Shown: positions 9,133 to 19,237 of the stretch, piece after piece
Layout of the letters: each line of letters opens with the position of its first letter
Position numbering within the stretch: the first letter of the stretch is position 1
Origin: Candidatus Poribacteria bacterium
GTDB taxonomy: Bacteria > Poribacteria > WGA-4E > WGA-3G
Assembly: GCA_965215265.1 (NCBI GenBank)
Contig: OZ244048.1
Location: forward strand, 1,984,001-2,048,000
Length of the DNA: 64,000 bases
Direction: 5' to 3'
Made by a program: the position numbers and the translations under genes
Notes under the pieces: model-generated
What the model was told of the DNA's origin: nothing
The model's database searches: none
Seen by the model: only the letters and a program-made list of their open reading frames with translations

Positions 9133-10233
9133 ATGAAAAAAATTTTCGTATGTCAAACAGGCGGGTGGATAGGCGACATGGTGCTGCTGACCCCGGCGTT
9201 GCGTGCCTTGAAAGAGGCATATCCGGCATCACACGTGACACTGTGGTTACGCCCTCGTGTGGCAGATTTGATGAAAGCGCATCCCTACATTGACGCGTGC
9301 CTTGTTGATACCAAAACCGAGGATGGCGGTGGCCAGAAATCTTCTTTTTCAATGCTGCAATTGGTGAGGCAGGTTCGCGAACAGGCGTTTGAGCTTGCCG
9401 TTGTGTTGCATCCCACTTCACTCCGGAATGCGCTAGTCCCTTTTCTCGCTCGCGTACCAGTACGCGTTGGGACTAACGTCAACTGGCGCGGTCCCTTCTT
9501 AACTGCCTCTTGTGTTGATAACACCGATGTGCATGAGGTCCACCGATACCTGCGAGTAGTCCGGTTACTCGGGATAGATACGTCTCCGATAATAGGGGCC
9601 CCCGGTCCTGTGGATATGGGTTTACAGTTTTGGCATACAGATGCGGATAAGCAATCGGTTCAACAACTCCTACAAGCAGAAGGCGTTTCCTCTCGTCAGC
9701 CGCTTATCGGTATCAATCTAGGTACAACATGGAAAACGAAGCAGTGGCCCATAGAGAATTTCGCGGTAGTTATCCAACAGATTGTACAGCTTGAGCCTCA
9801 TATAAGAATTGTTCTAACCGGTGCGTCGGCAGAACGTGAAATGGCAAAGGCATTGTATCGCGTGGTTTGTCAAGATAGCTCTCAGTCTGTTAGAAAAGCG
9901 TATTCACCTGGCACCTCGAGAATAATTGATCTTGTGGGGCAAACGACAATACTACAATTGGGTGCGCTGATTGAACGTTTCGCTGTATACGTGACGTGTG
10001 ACAGCGGCCCGATGCACATTGCGGCGGCAGTTGCTACTCCGACGGTGTCGCTGTTCGGTCCCACGTCCCCGACACGCCACAGCCCCTTCGGTAATGGGCA
10101 TACTGTTCTGGAGAAACCGCTTGCTTGCCGTCCATGCTACAAACGAGCGTGTCGTCGTCAAGATTCACCGTATATGTGCATGACAGCGATTGAACCAAAA
10201 GAAGTACTCACAGCACTTCAGACAAATAGATGA
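9133..10233 (+). CDS. Glycosyltransferase family 9 (LPS heptosyltransferase-like)
   Basis: WIGDMVLLTP and CDSGPMHIAAAVATPTVSLFGPT; start placed at MKKIFV. Confidence 0.9.
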   Translation: MKKIFVCQTGGWIGDMVLLTPALRALKEAYPASHVTLWLRPRVADLMKAHPYIDACLVDTKTEDGGGQKSSFSMLQLVRQVREQAFELAVVLHPTSLRNALVPFLARVPVRVGTNVNWRGPFLTASCVDNTDVHEVHRYLRVVRLLGIDTSPIIGAPGPVDMGLQFWHTDADKQSVQQLLQAEGVSSRQPLIGINLGTTWKTKQWPIENFAVVIQQIVQLEPHIRIVLTGASAEREMAKALYRVVCQDSSQSVRKAYSPGTSRIIDLVGQTTILQLGALIERFAVYVTCDSGPMHIAAAVATPTVSLFGPTSPTRHSPFGNGHTVLEKPLACRPCYKRACRRQDSPYMCMTAIEPKEVLTALQTNR

Positions 10234-10326
10234 AGTAGTTGGCGAAAATGTCTTTGACGAGTTGGCCTCGATAACGTCCATGCTACATTCGCCTTATCAC
10301 TTTCTACGAGAAAATAGGGAGGAGCG

Positions 10327-11076
10327 ATGAAAAACATCCGCGCGCTGATATTTGATTTCGGTGGGACTTTAGATGGAAACGGTATCCACTGGCTGGAACG
10401 AACGTATGGATTTATCCATCAACGGCATCCTGAGATTACGCGAGCGGCGTTTGAAAAAGCGGATAAAGCCGCCGTGACAGCATTTGCGTTAGACGGCGTT
10501 TCAGCGGTTAACCCGAAGTACCAAAGCGGTTCCATGGTGCCTGTTGGGGTAGCCAAGGACGGTGCTGCTGCGCGTTGTACGTTAAGAGAGACATCGGACG
10601 CGATTTCGACGGGGATTTATCAACGACTGGAATTGAGTCAGCAATTGAAAGATGAATATGTTGAATGGTTCTGTCAAGACGTTGCTGCGAATCTTGAGAA
10701 AAATCGGCGGTGGCTGGAAGAACTCCATGGCATGTATCAGCTGGCTGTCATCAGCAATAATTTTGGAAATACACGTGGTTGGTGTGATGAATATGGCCTG
10801 TCGCCCTTACTTGATGTGATTGTCGATTCCACCGTCTTCGGTGTTGCGAAACCCGATGTTCGTATCTTTCAGTTTGCTTTGTCGGAATTAGGTATTTCAC
10901 CGGCAGAGGCGGTGTATGTGGGCGATAGTTACGGTCCGGATATGGTGGGTGGCAAGGGAGCAGGTATGTGGACAGCGTGGCTTGTTGGTAATGAGATAAA
11001 GGCGTGTCCGGACCCAAATATCGTGGATGTACGGTTGCACTATCTGCACGAATTGATGGAATATGTCAATTCGTAG
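10327..11076 (+). CDS. HAD-family hydrolase
   Basis: FDFGGTLD, ISN, KPD, YVGDS motifs. Confidence 0.9.
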   Translation: MKNIRALIFDFGGTLDGNGIHWLERTYGFIHQRHPEITRAAFEKADKAAVTAFALDGVSAVNPKYQSGSMVPVGVAKDGAAARCTLRETSDAISTGIYQRLELSQQLKDEYVEWFCQDVAANLEKNRRWLEELHGMYQLAVISNNFGNTRGWCDEYGLSPLLDVIVDSTVFGVAKPDVRIFQFALSELGISPAEAVYVGDSYGPDMVGGKGAGMWTAWLVGNEIKACPDPNIVDVRLHYLHELMEYVNS

Positions 11077-11124
11077 ATGTAGCTGCCCCCATTGATTTCC
11101 GTTTATGTTTTTGTGTTAAGGTAA

Positions 11125-11195
11125 AGTGGGGCACGGGCGAATCTGTGTACGCCTTCGCACCCCACTGTAAGGCGGATCTGCGGATCCGCTTGTAA
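11125..11195. repeat. Two short palindromes (REP-like or bidirectional terminator) between convergent genes
   Basis: gtgggg...ccccac and gcggatc-tgcg-gatccgc hairpins. Confidence 0.45.
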
Positions 11196-11214
11196 TACGG
11201 GTTACGCGAGAAAA

Positions 11215-11808
11215 TCACATTTCACGATGGAGCCCGACGACTTTGCCGATTATTTGGATATCACTTATATTAACGATGCTCGGTTCATGTGAAGGATTCT
11301 CGGGTACCAGCCGGATTTGTTCGCCGTCGACGAAGAAACGTTTAACGGTTGCTTCATCTTCAATCAGTGCGACGATAATATCCCCCGGGTCTGCGTCAGC
11401 CTGTTTTTTGACGATAACAAAGTCGCCCTCGAGAATGCCCACGCCGATCATGCTGTTACCGATAATGCGGAGAGCGAAGCAATCCTTGTTATTTACCATG
11501 TCTGCTGGAACAGGAAGGGTGCCTTCAAGATTTTCGGAGGCGAGGAGGGGCGTGCCAGCCGCGACGCGCCCAACGATCGGAACCTCTTTAATAGCCCGTC
11601 CCGGCACCGTAATTGCACGCGGTTTACCGGGTGCACGCTTAATATACTTTTTCTTCTCTAGCGCACTGAGATGGTCATGCGCCGCTTTCTCTGAAAAATT
11701 GAACTCGGCACCAATTTCGCGTACCGTCGGCGGGTAGCCATCTTCATTGATGCGGCTCTTAATGTAGCTAAGAACCTGATCTTGCCGTGCTGTCAATTTT
11801 TTTGACAT
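11215..11808 (-). CDS. lexA: SOS repressor LexA
   Basis: PPTVREI wHTH, VAAG cleavage site, GNSM catalytic Ser, ATVK catalytic Lys. Confidence 0.97.
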   Translation of the reverse strand: MSKKLTARQDQVLSYIKSRINEDGYPPTVREIGAEFNFSEKAAHDHLSALEKKKYIKRAPGKPRAITVPGRAIKEVPIVGRVAAGTPLLASENLEGTLPVPADMVNNKDCFALRIIGNSMIGVGILEGDFVIVKKQADADPGDIIVALIEDEATVKRFFVDGEQIRLVPENPSHEPSIVNISDIQIIGKVVGLHREM

Positions 11809-11848
11809 GATGGAATCTCCTTTCGTAAAAATTAAATGATACTTATAT

Positions 11849-11877
11849 ATTATGCTATATGTAGGTTAAGAATGCAA
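11849..11877 (-). promoter_or_regulatory. lexA promoter
   Basis: TTGCAT-17 bp-CATAAT, overlapped by an imperfect inverted repeat at 11841-11866. Confidence 0.55.
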
Positions 11878-11957
11878 GGAAAAAACAACTTTTTTTGCAG
11901 CAGGATTGCAACCACATCCTCTTTTTAACGTCTTAATTGAATACGGAGAATTTGAAA

Positions 11958-12593
11958 ATGCCTAAACTGTTAACTTTTGTTCGTAATATAATCCTAATCG
12001 GGGTGTTAATTGTCGTATCTACAGTCAACGTAACCAGCAAAGATGAAACGGATACGGTGAAACTTGATGCCGTTATAGAGGATTTTAAACTCAAGGATGC
12101 AGCGGGCACTCCGTACTCTTTGGAGCAATTGAGCGAGGAGAAAACGGCTATCGTTGTGCTATTTCTCGCGACACAATGCCCAATAGCAACGGACTACGCT
12201 GAGCGCATCGTCTATTTGGTTAACACATACAGCGAAAAGCAGGTACAATTTATCGGCATCAATTCAAACAAGCAAGAGACGGTTGAGGAGATTGCTAAGT
12301 ACAGTGAAGAACACGGTTTTAAATTTCCGGTGCTAAAGGACCCAAAAAATAAAATCGCAGACTATTTCGGCGCACGAAGAACACCGGAAGCATTTCTACT
12401 TGATAGCGAACGCATCCTCCGCTACAGAGGGGCTATTGACGATAAGCGGGCGCAGCCAACTAAACACTATCTCCAAACCGCCTTGGACTTTGTAGTTAAA
12501 GGACAGAATATCCCGAAAGAACTGAAAAAGACCCGAGCAATTGGATGTACGATTAAACGAGTTCGGAAAGCAAAGGTAACTCGGACACCCTAA
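11958..12593 (+). CDS. Exported thioredoxin-like redoxin (AhpC/TSA family)
   Basis: Signal peptide, FLATQCP, RTPEAFL, YRGAIDD, GCTIK. Confidence 0.85.
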   Translation: MPKLLTFVRNIILIGVLIVVSTVNVTSKDETDTVKLDAVIEDFKLKDAAGTPYSLEQLSEEKTAIVVLFLATQCPIATDYAERIVYLVNTYSEKQVQFIGINSNKQETVEEIAKYSEEHGFKFPVLKDPKNKIADYFGARRTPEAFLLDSERILRYRGAIDDKRAQPTKHYLQTALDFVVKGQNIPKELKKTRAIGCTIKRVRKAKVTRTP

Positions 12594-12762
12594 ATTGGAC
12601 GGCGTTCTACGTAGGAGATTACACTCTCGTCTTACCAAGATGCCCAGAGTGTCTTTGAGGAAATGGGTATGCGAGGTTTCGCACTAGCGGGATCCCAGCC
12701 GTACATTCTATCTTAATTCGCTACCCTTAGCGCTTAAGTCGATAAAAAAATTGGAGTCTAAA

Positions 12763-15234
12763 ATGCGTCAATTTTTACATGCCTTTTTCCAAGGTGTGCT
12801 TGCACTGATTTTTGGAATATGCATCCTCGGGTTTATGTCTGTTTTTGTAGGTATTGGGTTTGCCGGCGGCTTTATGCTCGCGTGCTGGGAGGATGTGCGT
12901 AATATTGAATTCGATCAGTTAGAGTACGTCGATGTACAAATATGGCAGCAACACTTAGAGGTCTATTCTTCAGTTTGCAAGGTACAAGAGAGCGATAACA
13001 TTGATTTTTTGCTAGAGAAATTGGAGCGGCTGGACTATGAAAAGGTTGAACAGGTAATTCCGAAAATAACCGGGCCAGGGACATATTCTCAGGAATTAGA
13101 CGAAGAAAAAGAAAACGGCACGGTTCGCATCCATCTGCGGGAGTTTAAATATCCATATCTCAGCGTAGAAGCAGGACACGTGCGGATTTCCGTAAAATCC
13201 GGGAAAATTGCATCTATATACAACATGAAAGATGCCAGAAGACAGAGTTTTTACCTGGAACCGGAATTGATAGACGAAGTCACTGACAAAGATACAGGCG
13301 CGACGCGACGCCTGATCCCGCTGATAGAGATGCCCGACAAGCTGATTGGTGCGTTTATTGCCATTGAAGATAGGCGATTTTACAATCATTGGGGTATTGA
13401 CATCATCCGCCTCACGGGCGCTATCGGCAGAACGTTATTGCAAGGCAGACGCTTGAGCGGGACGAGTACGTTCACACAACAGTTAGCACGAAATATCTAC
13501 CTCGGGCGTGAAAGAGAGTACGTCCGTAAAATGAGAGAAATGCTCCTTGCTGTTAAAATCGAGAAATCTTTTTCCAAAGATGAGATTTTTGAACGGTATC
13601 TCAACTACGTCGACTTAGGGACGCATCGCGGGAAAACGGCGCACGGTGTTCAACAAGCCGCAATGGCATATTTTGGAAAAGAGGTCTCGGAACTCGAATT
13701 CCATGAATGTGCAGTATTGGCGGCACTACCCAAGGGACCCAGTGATTATTCTCCAATTTACAATCCAGAGGCATCAAAACAGCGGCGCAATCTCGTCTTG
13801 GATAGCATGTTAAAGGAGGGATTTATTACCGATGCTGAATATCTCACCAGCATCAATGCCCCCTTGATAGAAAAAAAAGTGCGCAGAAGCGGTACCAGAA
13901 AAGTATGGAAGGAAGCTGGACATTTTCTTGATTACGTGAGAGAAGAACTCGATAAGCTGCCGGAACTGAAAGCTCAGCTGTATAGCGGCGGATTAAAAGT
14001 TTACACCACTATAGATATGTCAATGCAAACGGTTGCCGAAACCGCTGTGACAGATCATCTGCGATATATGGATGTAAATTATAGGAGTGGTTTACCGGAT
14101 TACGATATAAATAAAAGAGACCTCCAAGGTATTGACCCGATTAACAGTTATTTGCAAGCTGCGTTGATTGCATTTGAACCGAAGACGGGACACATTAAAG
14201 CGATGGTAGGAGGACGGGATTACAACATCACGGAATCCAAGATTAATTTCTACAACCGTGCTGTTGTTGACGATCCTAGAGCCAGGCGGCAACCCGGTTC
14301 CGCGTTTAAACCGATTGTTTTCGCTGCACTCCTAGAGAGACCGGAACCGATTTTAACCCCTTCAACGCCGATTATGGATGAAAGATGGGGAATTGTCCCT
14401 GCCCCCGGGCAGCCAAAGTGGTATCCCCGCAACTATAGTAGATTTAGAGGAACAGCTGTTAACGTACGAGATATCCTTGTCAGTTCTATTAACGTGCCAA
14501 CGGCAAGGGCGGTACTGGAGACATCCATAGCGGAAAATGGGCTATGGGCCGGGATAAATCGAATCGTGGATATGACAAAACGGATGGGGATTAAGAGTTA
14601 CATGGATCCAAAGCCAGCTCTTACGCTCGGGGCATCAGGGATGACTGTCCTTGAGTTAACATCGGCGTATGGTATCTTCGCGAACGGCGGCATTAAAACA
14701 AAACCAGTTCATATTCAGTATGTGTTAAACTCAGATGGACAGATTATTTATCCCCCGAAGGACTACCAACCCGATCGGACTCGCGTCTTAGATGAAGGCG
14801 TAGCTTATCAAATAACGTCGTTTTTGCAGAGTGTAATGACGGATGGAACTGGTAGACGCGCCGGACGGATGGGACTGACGCGGCCGGCGGCAGGCAAAAC
14901 CGGCACGACGAATAACTACGTCGATGCCTGGTTTGTCGGTTATACTACAGACCTTGTTGTCGGCGTGTGGGTTGGATTTGATGAAAAACGTCGAAATCGC
15001 CGCAACTATAATCAGCAGGGCGCGTGGGCAGCACTACCTATCTGGGCGACCTTTATGATTGAGGCATCAAGGGGCCCCGAAAGAGAATTCCCGGTGCCGG
15101 ATAGTATTGTTTTCCGAGAAATTGATAAAAAAACAGGCGGTTTGAAGCGGCCCAAATGCCCATCGAAAAACATCAGCAACGAACCGTTCATCAAGGGACA
15201 GGAACCTGAGCATCTCTGTCCGCTGCACCGTTAA
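12763..15234 (+). CDS. Class A penicillin-binding protein (PBP1b-like, transglycosylase + transpeptidase)
   Basis: N-terminal TM, UB2H-like segment, EDRRFYNHWG and GTSTFTQQL (GT51), SAFK, SIN and KTG (transpeptidase). Confidence 0.93.
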   Translation: MRQFLHAFFQGVLALIFGICILGFMSVFVGIGFAGGFMLACWEDVRNIEFDQLEYVDVQIWQQHLEVYSSVCKVQESDNIDFLLEKLERLDYEKVEQVIPKITGPGTYSQELDEEKENGTVRIHLREFKYPYLSVEAGHVRISVKSGKIASIYNMKDARRQSFYLEPELIDEVTDKDTGATRRLIPLIEMPDKLIGAFIAIEDRRFYNHWGIDIIRLTGAIGRTLLQGRRLSGTSTFTQQLARNIYLGREREYVRKMREMLLAVKIEKSFSKDEIFERYLNYVDLGTHRGKTAHGVQQAAMAYFGKEVSELEFHECAVLAALPKGPSDYSPIYNPEASKQRRNLVLDSMLKEGFITDAEYLTSINAPLIEKKVRRSGTRKVWKEAGHFLDYVREELDKLPELKAQLYSGGLKVYTTIDMSMQTVAETAVTDHLRYMDVNYRSGLPDYDINKRDLQGIDPINSYLQAALIAFEPKTGHIKAMVGGRDYNITESKINFYNRAVVDDPRARRQPGSAFKPIVFAALLERPEPILTPSTPIMDERWGIVPAPGQPKWYPRNYSRFRGTAVNVRDILVSSINVPTARAVLETSIAENGLWAGINRIVDMTKRMGIKSYMDPKPALTLGASGMTVLELTSAYGIFANGGIKTKPVHIQYVLNSDGQIIYPPKDYQPDRTRVLDEGVAYQITSFLQSVMTDGTGRRAGRMGLTRPAAGKTGTTNNYVDAWFVGYTTDLVVGVWVGFDEKRRNRRNYNQQGAWAALPIWATFMIEASRGPEREFPVPDSIVFREIDKKTGGLKRPKCPSKNISNEPFIKGQEPEHLCPLHR

Positions 15235-15446
15235 TTACCGTAATCGGAATCTAACAACTTTTTTTATATCGCGGTTGCGTGGATGGCATCTCCGTATCAA
15301 CAGACGGAACCTTCTCTGAATCTACGCCCTTCTCAGCAAATCCGAGATTTGCCAGGGGACATTTTCTCAATTTTAAAACCGGACTTACCTTATACTAAAT
15401 GCAGCGTTTCTAACCGGTTTCCATATTAAACAGATTAGATACCCAG

Positions 15447-16166
15447 ATGCACATTAAAGCACTTAATTATCCTTTAACGCATATTCCTGCTGGTGAATTC
15501 ACAATGGGAACTATCCCAACACAATTTCGCAAGACAGATCCGGAGGAACCGCAGCGAACTGTTACGCTTGATGCTTATGCCATCGGTACCTATCACGTAA
15601 CGAATACGCAGTACGCAGCATTTGTTGACGACACCGGCTGCGCCGCCCCACAGTTTTGGCAAGATGAACGTTTTAACGCCGCAGATGTGCCTGTCGTTGG
15701 GGTCAGTTGGTATGATGCAATGAATTTTTTAGAATGGCTGCGTATACAGACAGGGGAGTCCTATCGTTTACCGACAGAAGCAGAATGGGAAAAAGCGGCG
15801 CGCGGAACGGACGGACGCGAATATCCATGGGGGAACGCTTGGGAACTCGGTAAGGCAAACACCTCAGAAGCACAGTTCAAACGCTTAGTACCGGTTGGCA
15901 ATTATCCAGAGGGCGTTAGCCCATACGGTTGCTACGATATGGCAGGAAATGCCTATTGTTGGTGTAACGACTGGTTTCATCCGGAAACCTACCGTTATTC
16001 TCCAATAGATAATCCACAAGGTCCCATTGAAGGGCGGCGTAAGGTTATCCGAGGCGGTTCTTGGGTGGCGCGTGGTGAATTTGCCGCCCGCTGTGCTAAC
16101 CGCGCCGCTTATGAACCCATCCGAACTGTTCACAACGTTAGCTTCCGCATCGCACTTGACGTATGA
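15447..16166 (+). CDS. Formylglycine-generating enzyme (SUMF1/FGE-sulfatase) family protein
   Basis: FTMG, PVVGVSW, RLPTEAEWEKAARG, YDMAGN, RGGSW. Confidence 0.92.
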   Translation: MHIKALNYPLTHIPAGEFTMGTIPTQFRKTDPEEPQRTVTLDAYAIGTYHVTNTQYAAFVDDTGCAAPQFWQDERFNAADVPVVGVSWYDAMNFLEWLRIQTGESYRLPTEAEWEKAARGTDGREYPWGNAWELGKANTSEAQFKRLVPVGNYPEGVSPYGCYDMAGNAYCWCNDWFHPETYRYSPIDNPQGPIEGRRKVIRGGSWVARGEFAARCANRAAYEPIRTVHNVSFRIALDV

Positions 16167-17299
16167 GACAAAAAGATTATCCTCACTTCCAGAGTTCGCT
16201 ATTGGATTGGTTTAAAACTTACCAGCGCGCAATGCCGTGGCGTAACACGCGAGATGCTTATCGCATCTGGGTTTCTGAAGTAATGCTTCAACAGACACAG
16301 GTCAAAAAAGTTTTAGAATACTATTCCAAATTCATTGACCGGTTTCCGGCAGTCCACCAGTTGGCAGCAGCAGAACTACAAGATGTACTAAAAACGTGGG
16401 AGGGATTGGGGTATTATGCGAGAGCGCGTAACCTTCACAAAGCAGCACAAATTATTGTCAAAGAGCTCGATGGACAAATACCGCACAACTATGACATCTT
16501 TCGAAAATTGCCGGGGGTTGGGGCTTACAGTGCTGCGGCAGTGCAAAGCATCGCCTTTAATGCGCCTTATGCAGCTGTAGACGGCAACGTCAAACGGGTC
16601 TTGGCCCGTCTGTTTCTTATAGAAATACCTATTAATGATTCTGTGTCTACGAAGCAATTTCAACAGCAAGCAGATAAGCTTCTAGACCGGGGGAACCCTG
16701 GAATCTTCAACCAAGCGATGATGGAATTGGGCGCAACCATCTGCCGTCCACAATCTCCTACCTGTATCGTATGCCCGGTGCATACCTTCTGTAAAGCCTT
16801 CCAGACCGCACGGCAAAATGAAGTGCCAGTGCGGCGGAAGGCAAAGCCGATTCCGGAATATCCTATCGCCGTCGGCGTTATTCAGAAAATCCGTCCAGAA
16901 ATCATACCATCTCAGGGCTTCGTGGCAGAGTCGGGCTCCGAGGTATCTCCGCCCGCCTCAGAAATTTTGATAACCCAGCGACCCCTGGACGGGTTGCTCG
17001 GTGGACTCTGGGAGTTTCCGGGGGGTCGGATTGCGGAAGGTGAGACACCCGAAGAAGCCTGCATCCGCCACATTGCCGAAGCTGTCAATCTGTCTGTCAC
17101 TAATCTGCGATACCTCACTCAAGTCAAACATGCTTACACCCATTTTAAGATTGTGGTTGATGTATTCCAATGCGATTATCAAGCGGGTGAGCTCGCGTTG
17201 AATGGTCCGATAGATGCCAAATGGATTCCGGTTGAGGAAATTGCCCAATACCCGTTTCCACGTGCCAATCATAAGTTTATTCCGCTTTTAGTTCGCTGA
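16163..17299 (+). CDS. mutY: A/G-specific adenine glycosylase
   Basis: WVSEVMLQQT, WEGLGYYARA, VDGNVKRVL, CRPQSPTCIVCPV Fe-S motif, NUDIX-like C-terminus. Confidence 0.96.
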   Translation: MRQKDYPHFQSSLLDWFKTYQRAMPWRNTRDAYRIWVSEVMLQQTQVKKVLEYYSKFIDRFPAVHQLAAAELQDVLKTWEGLGYYARARNLHKAAQIIVKELDGQIPHNYDIFRKLPGVGAYSAAAVQSIAFNAPYAAVDGNVKRVLARLFLIEIPINDSVSTKQFQQQADKLLDRGNPGIFNQAMMELGATICRPQSPTCIVCPVHTFCKAFQTARQNEVPVRRKAKPIPEYPIAVGVIQKIRPEIIPSQGFVAESGSEVSPPASEILITQRPLDGLLGGLWEFPGGRIAEGETPEEACIRHIAEAVNLSVTNLRYLTQVKHAYTHFKIVVDVFQCDYQAGELALNGPIDAKWIPVEEIAQYPFPRANHKFIPLLVR

Positions 17300-17474
17300 A
17301 CTGGAACCCAGGCAAGGAGTTTTGTCACTTCCTACGCCGAAGAACCGATGAAACAAATTCCAGCACGATACGGCCCCCTTCCTATTTTTCGCAGATCGAG
17401 AAAGCAGGCTACGCCTGCTAAAACTATCTCCGCGGACAGCATCCAGACACGGCTAAAGCAAGTTGCCGCAAGAA

Positions 17475-18296
17475 CTACTTGTTTTGTATAAGCGGTTTAT
17501 ATGAACGTGCGATGGCACGTTTGACCTCTTCACGCATTGAAAGATCCTTTTCGCTTTCCTGCAGCAGAAACTGTTCAAGCTCCGCAGTGCGATTCGGGCT
17601 GACCGCTCTCAGGGTCCGGAACCCTTCCTCCGGACGTTTTCCCTCAAAGAACGGAATGACATCTGCGAAACGTTCATCTTTCGGGGTATCTACAAACGGC
17701 ATGATTTTATCAATCTCGTAAGAGCGAGCGGCATAGAGTTGGGTAAGAGTTCTTTGCGTTGTTGGATTCGGAAACAACTTGTTGCTCGCTTCCGCACGCT
17801 CAATTTTTTCCTGAAGCGTTGTAGGAGCGCCTGTCAACGCTTTTAACCGGCCATCTACATAAATGTGAACTTCCGGAATATCCCCAAACTGCTTTATTAA
17901 TTTCTGCCGAACGATTTCGTTCATCGCCGGGTCGCGCGGATCGAAGAACTCTCCCTCTGAATCAGTTTGTATTTTCTCCACTTCATCCATTGGGGTATCC
18001 TGTGTCCACGGATTATCAGTATGTGTGCGGTCATCGATACCTTGTGCAGCGTCGTTCGACCAAGCAGGTGCTGCGACGTTTTCGGATTGTGAATCAGAAT
18101 CAGTTGTGTGGGTTACAGAGTTGTGTTGAGGCAAACTTTCAACACTCGGTGTAGCAGTTGGAAGTTGTTTTGTCGTTTCCGTTTGTGGGGTTTTTTGAAG
18201 ATTTTCAGAAAACCGTTTCGTATCCAGATACAAGTATAGACTTCCAATACCGCTAAGAAGGACAATGCCGATACAAATCAGGTAAAAAAGGCGCAT
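17475..18296 (-). CDS. Hypothetical membrane-anchored protein
   Basis: N-terminal TM, low-complexity linker, helical C-terminus; GAGGA RBS before MRLF. Confidence 0.75.
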   Translation of the reverse strand: MRLFYLICIGIVLLSGIGSLYLYLDTKRFSENLQKTPQTETTKQLPTATPSVESLPQHNSVTHTTDSDSQSENVAAPAWSNDAAQGIDDRTHTDNPWTQDTPMDEVEKIQTDSEGEFFDPRDPAMNEIVRQKLIKQFGDIPEVHIYVDGRLKALTGAPTTLQEKIERAEASNKLFPNPTTQRTLTQLYAARSYEIDKIMPFVDTPKDERFADVIPFFEGKRPEEGFRTLRAVSPNRTAELEQFLLQESEKDLSMREEVKRAIARSYKPLIQNK

Positions 18297-18850
18297 TTGT
18301 TTATCCTCTCTGTTAGTGTGGCACACCGCCGTGCGGGGCTAGATTGGTGGTAAGGATCGAAGGTGTAAGCAGAGGGATAGACAAAGTCCATGCCTTGGCT
18401 TTGCTTGTCCTAGCTAAGGTTATTCTAAAAACTACATTCAGAAAACGTGACTTGACTCGCCTATTGAAGTGACTCTTTGTAGCCTCTGAAGAAACGGAGT
18501 ACGTTCGGACGCGGGTTTCCCTGTGTCATACGAGAAACTGCACCGAAAACAGTCTGAAATAGACTTAACGCATGATAATCGAAGGGTGGGGGTGAACTGA
18601 GGCTTGAGAACATAGGTGCAGACGGCAGTCTCTCAAGAAGGACTAGGTTTCCAATAACGCTCGCAGCAGATGCCCAGGAAACTACTATCTGGCTTGATGA
18701 TGCACGACGAATCAAAATGTTGACATGACGACATCTATTCATTGTTCTCATGACCTCTTACCAGACTCGCTAGGGAAAAGTCAAGGGCAACGTGAGACAT
18801 ATTTGCCATTGAAATCTGAAAATCGCCCTTTTGAAATCAAATTCTTTATA

Positions 18851-18879
18851 ATTGTACACCGTAAATCAGTTTTTGTCAA
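18851..18879 (-). promoter_or_regulatory. sigma70-type promoter
   Basis: TTGACA-17 bp-TACAAT about 550 nt upstream of the 18296 start. Confidence 0.55.
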
Positions 18880-19064
18880 ATTAAAAAGGCAAAAAAAGCC
18901 TAATTTTTTGGGAAAATGCTTATTTTTCAACATTTTCTTGGAAAAAAATCAACTTTTGCTCATTTTTTTTCTGTAATAGAATCAGGGCGTAGTTTTTCGA
19001 AAGGAGCACGAGCCCGAAGGCGATACTTGAAAGACGAGATAACGGTGGCACTGCCGATTTTGAC

Positions 19065-19225
19065 TCTCAAGGCGACCTGTGTCTGCTGACAGCGGCGTGG
19101 CACGCTGGCACATGATTTTCATACCGTATCAGTTTTTCTGAGTCACGTTGTGTCTCTTGAAGGGTTTCCAACTATCGGCTGAAAGTGTCAAGTGTGTTGC
19201 GTTGATACTGCTTTAATTCCATCAT
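19065..19225 (-). pseudogene. res: Type III restriction (Res) gene stub, copy 2
   Basis: MMELKQYQRNTLDTFSR*LETLQETQRDSEKL directly after mod; premature TAG; no helicase motifs. Confidence 0.65.
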
Positions 19226-19237
19226 ATCGTTGCCTCT

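Noticed and set aside
18395-18530. c-di-GMP-I riboswitch-like words (CACAGGGAAACC ... GCAAAGCC)
   Set aside because: The two motifs are about 100 nt apart and the intervening GAAA-capped stem is missing
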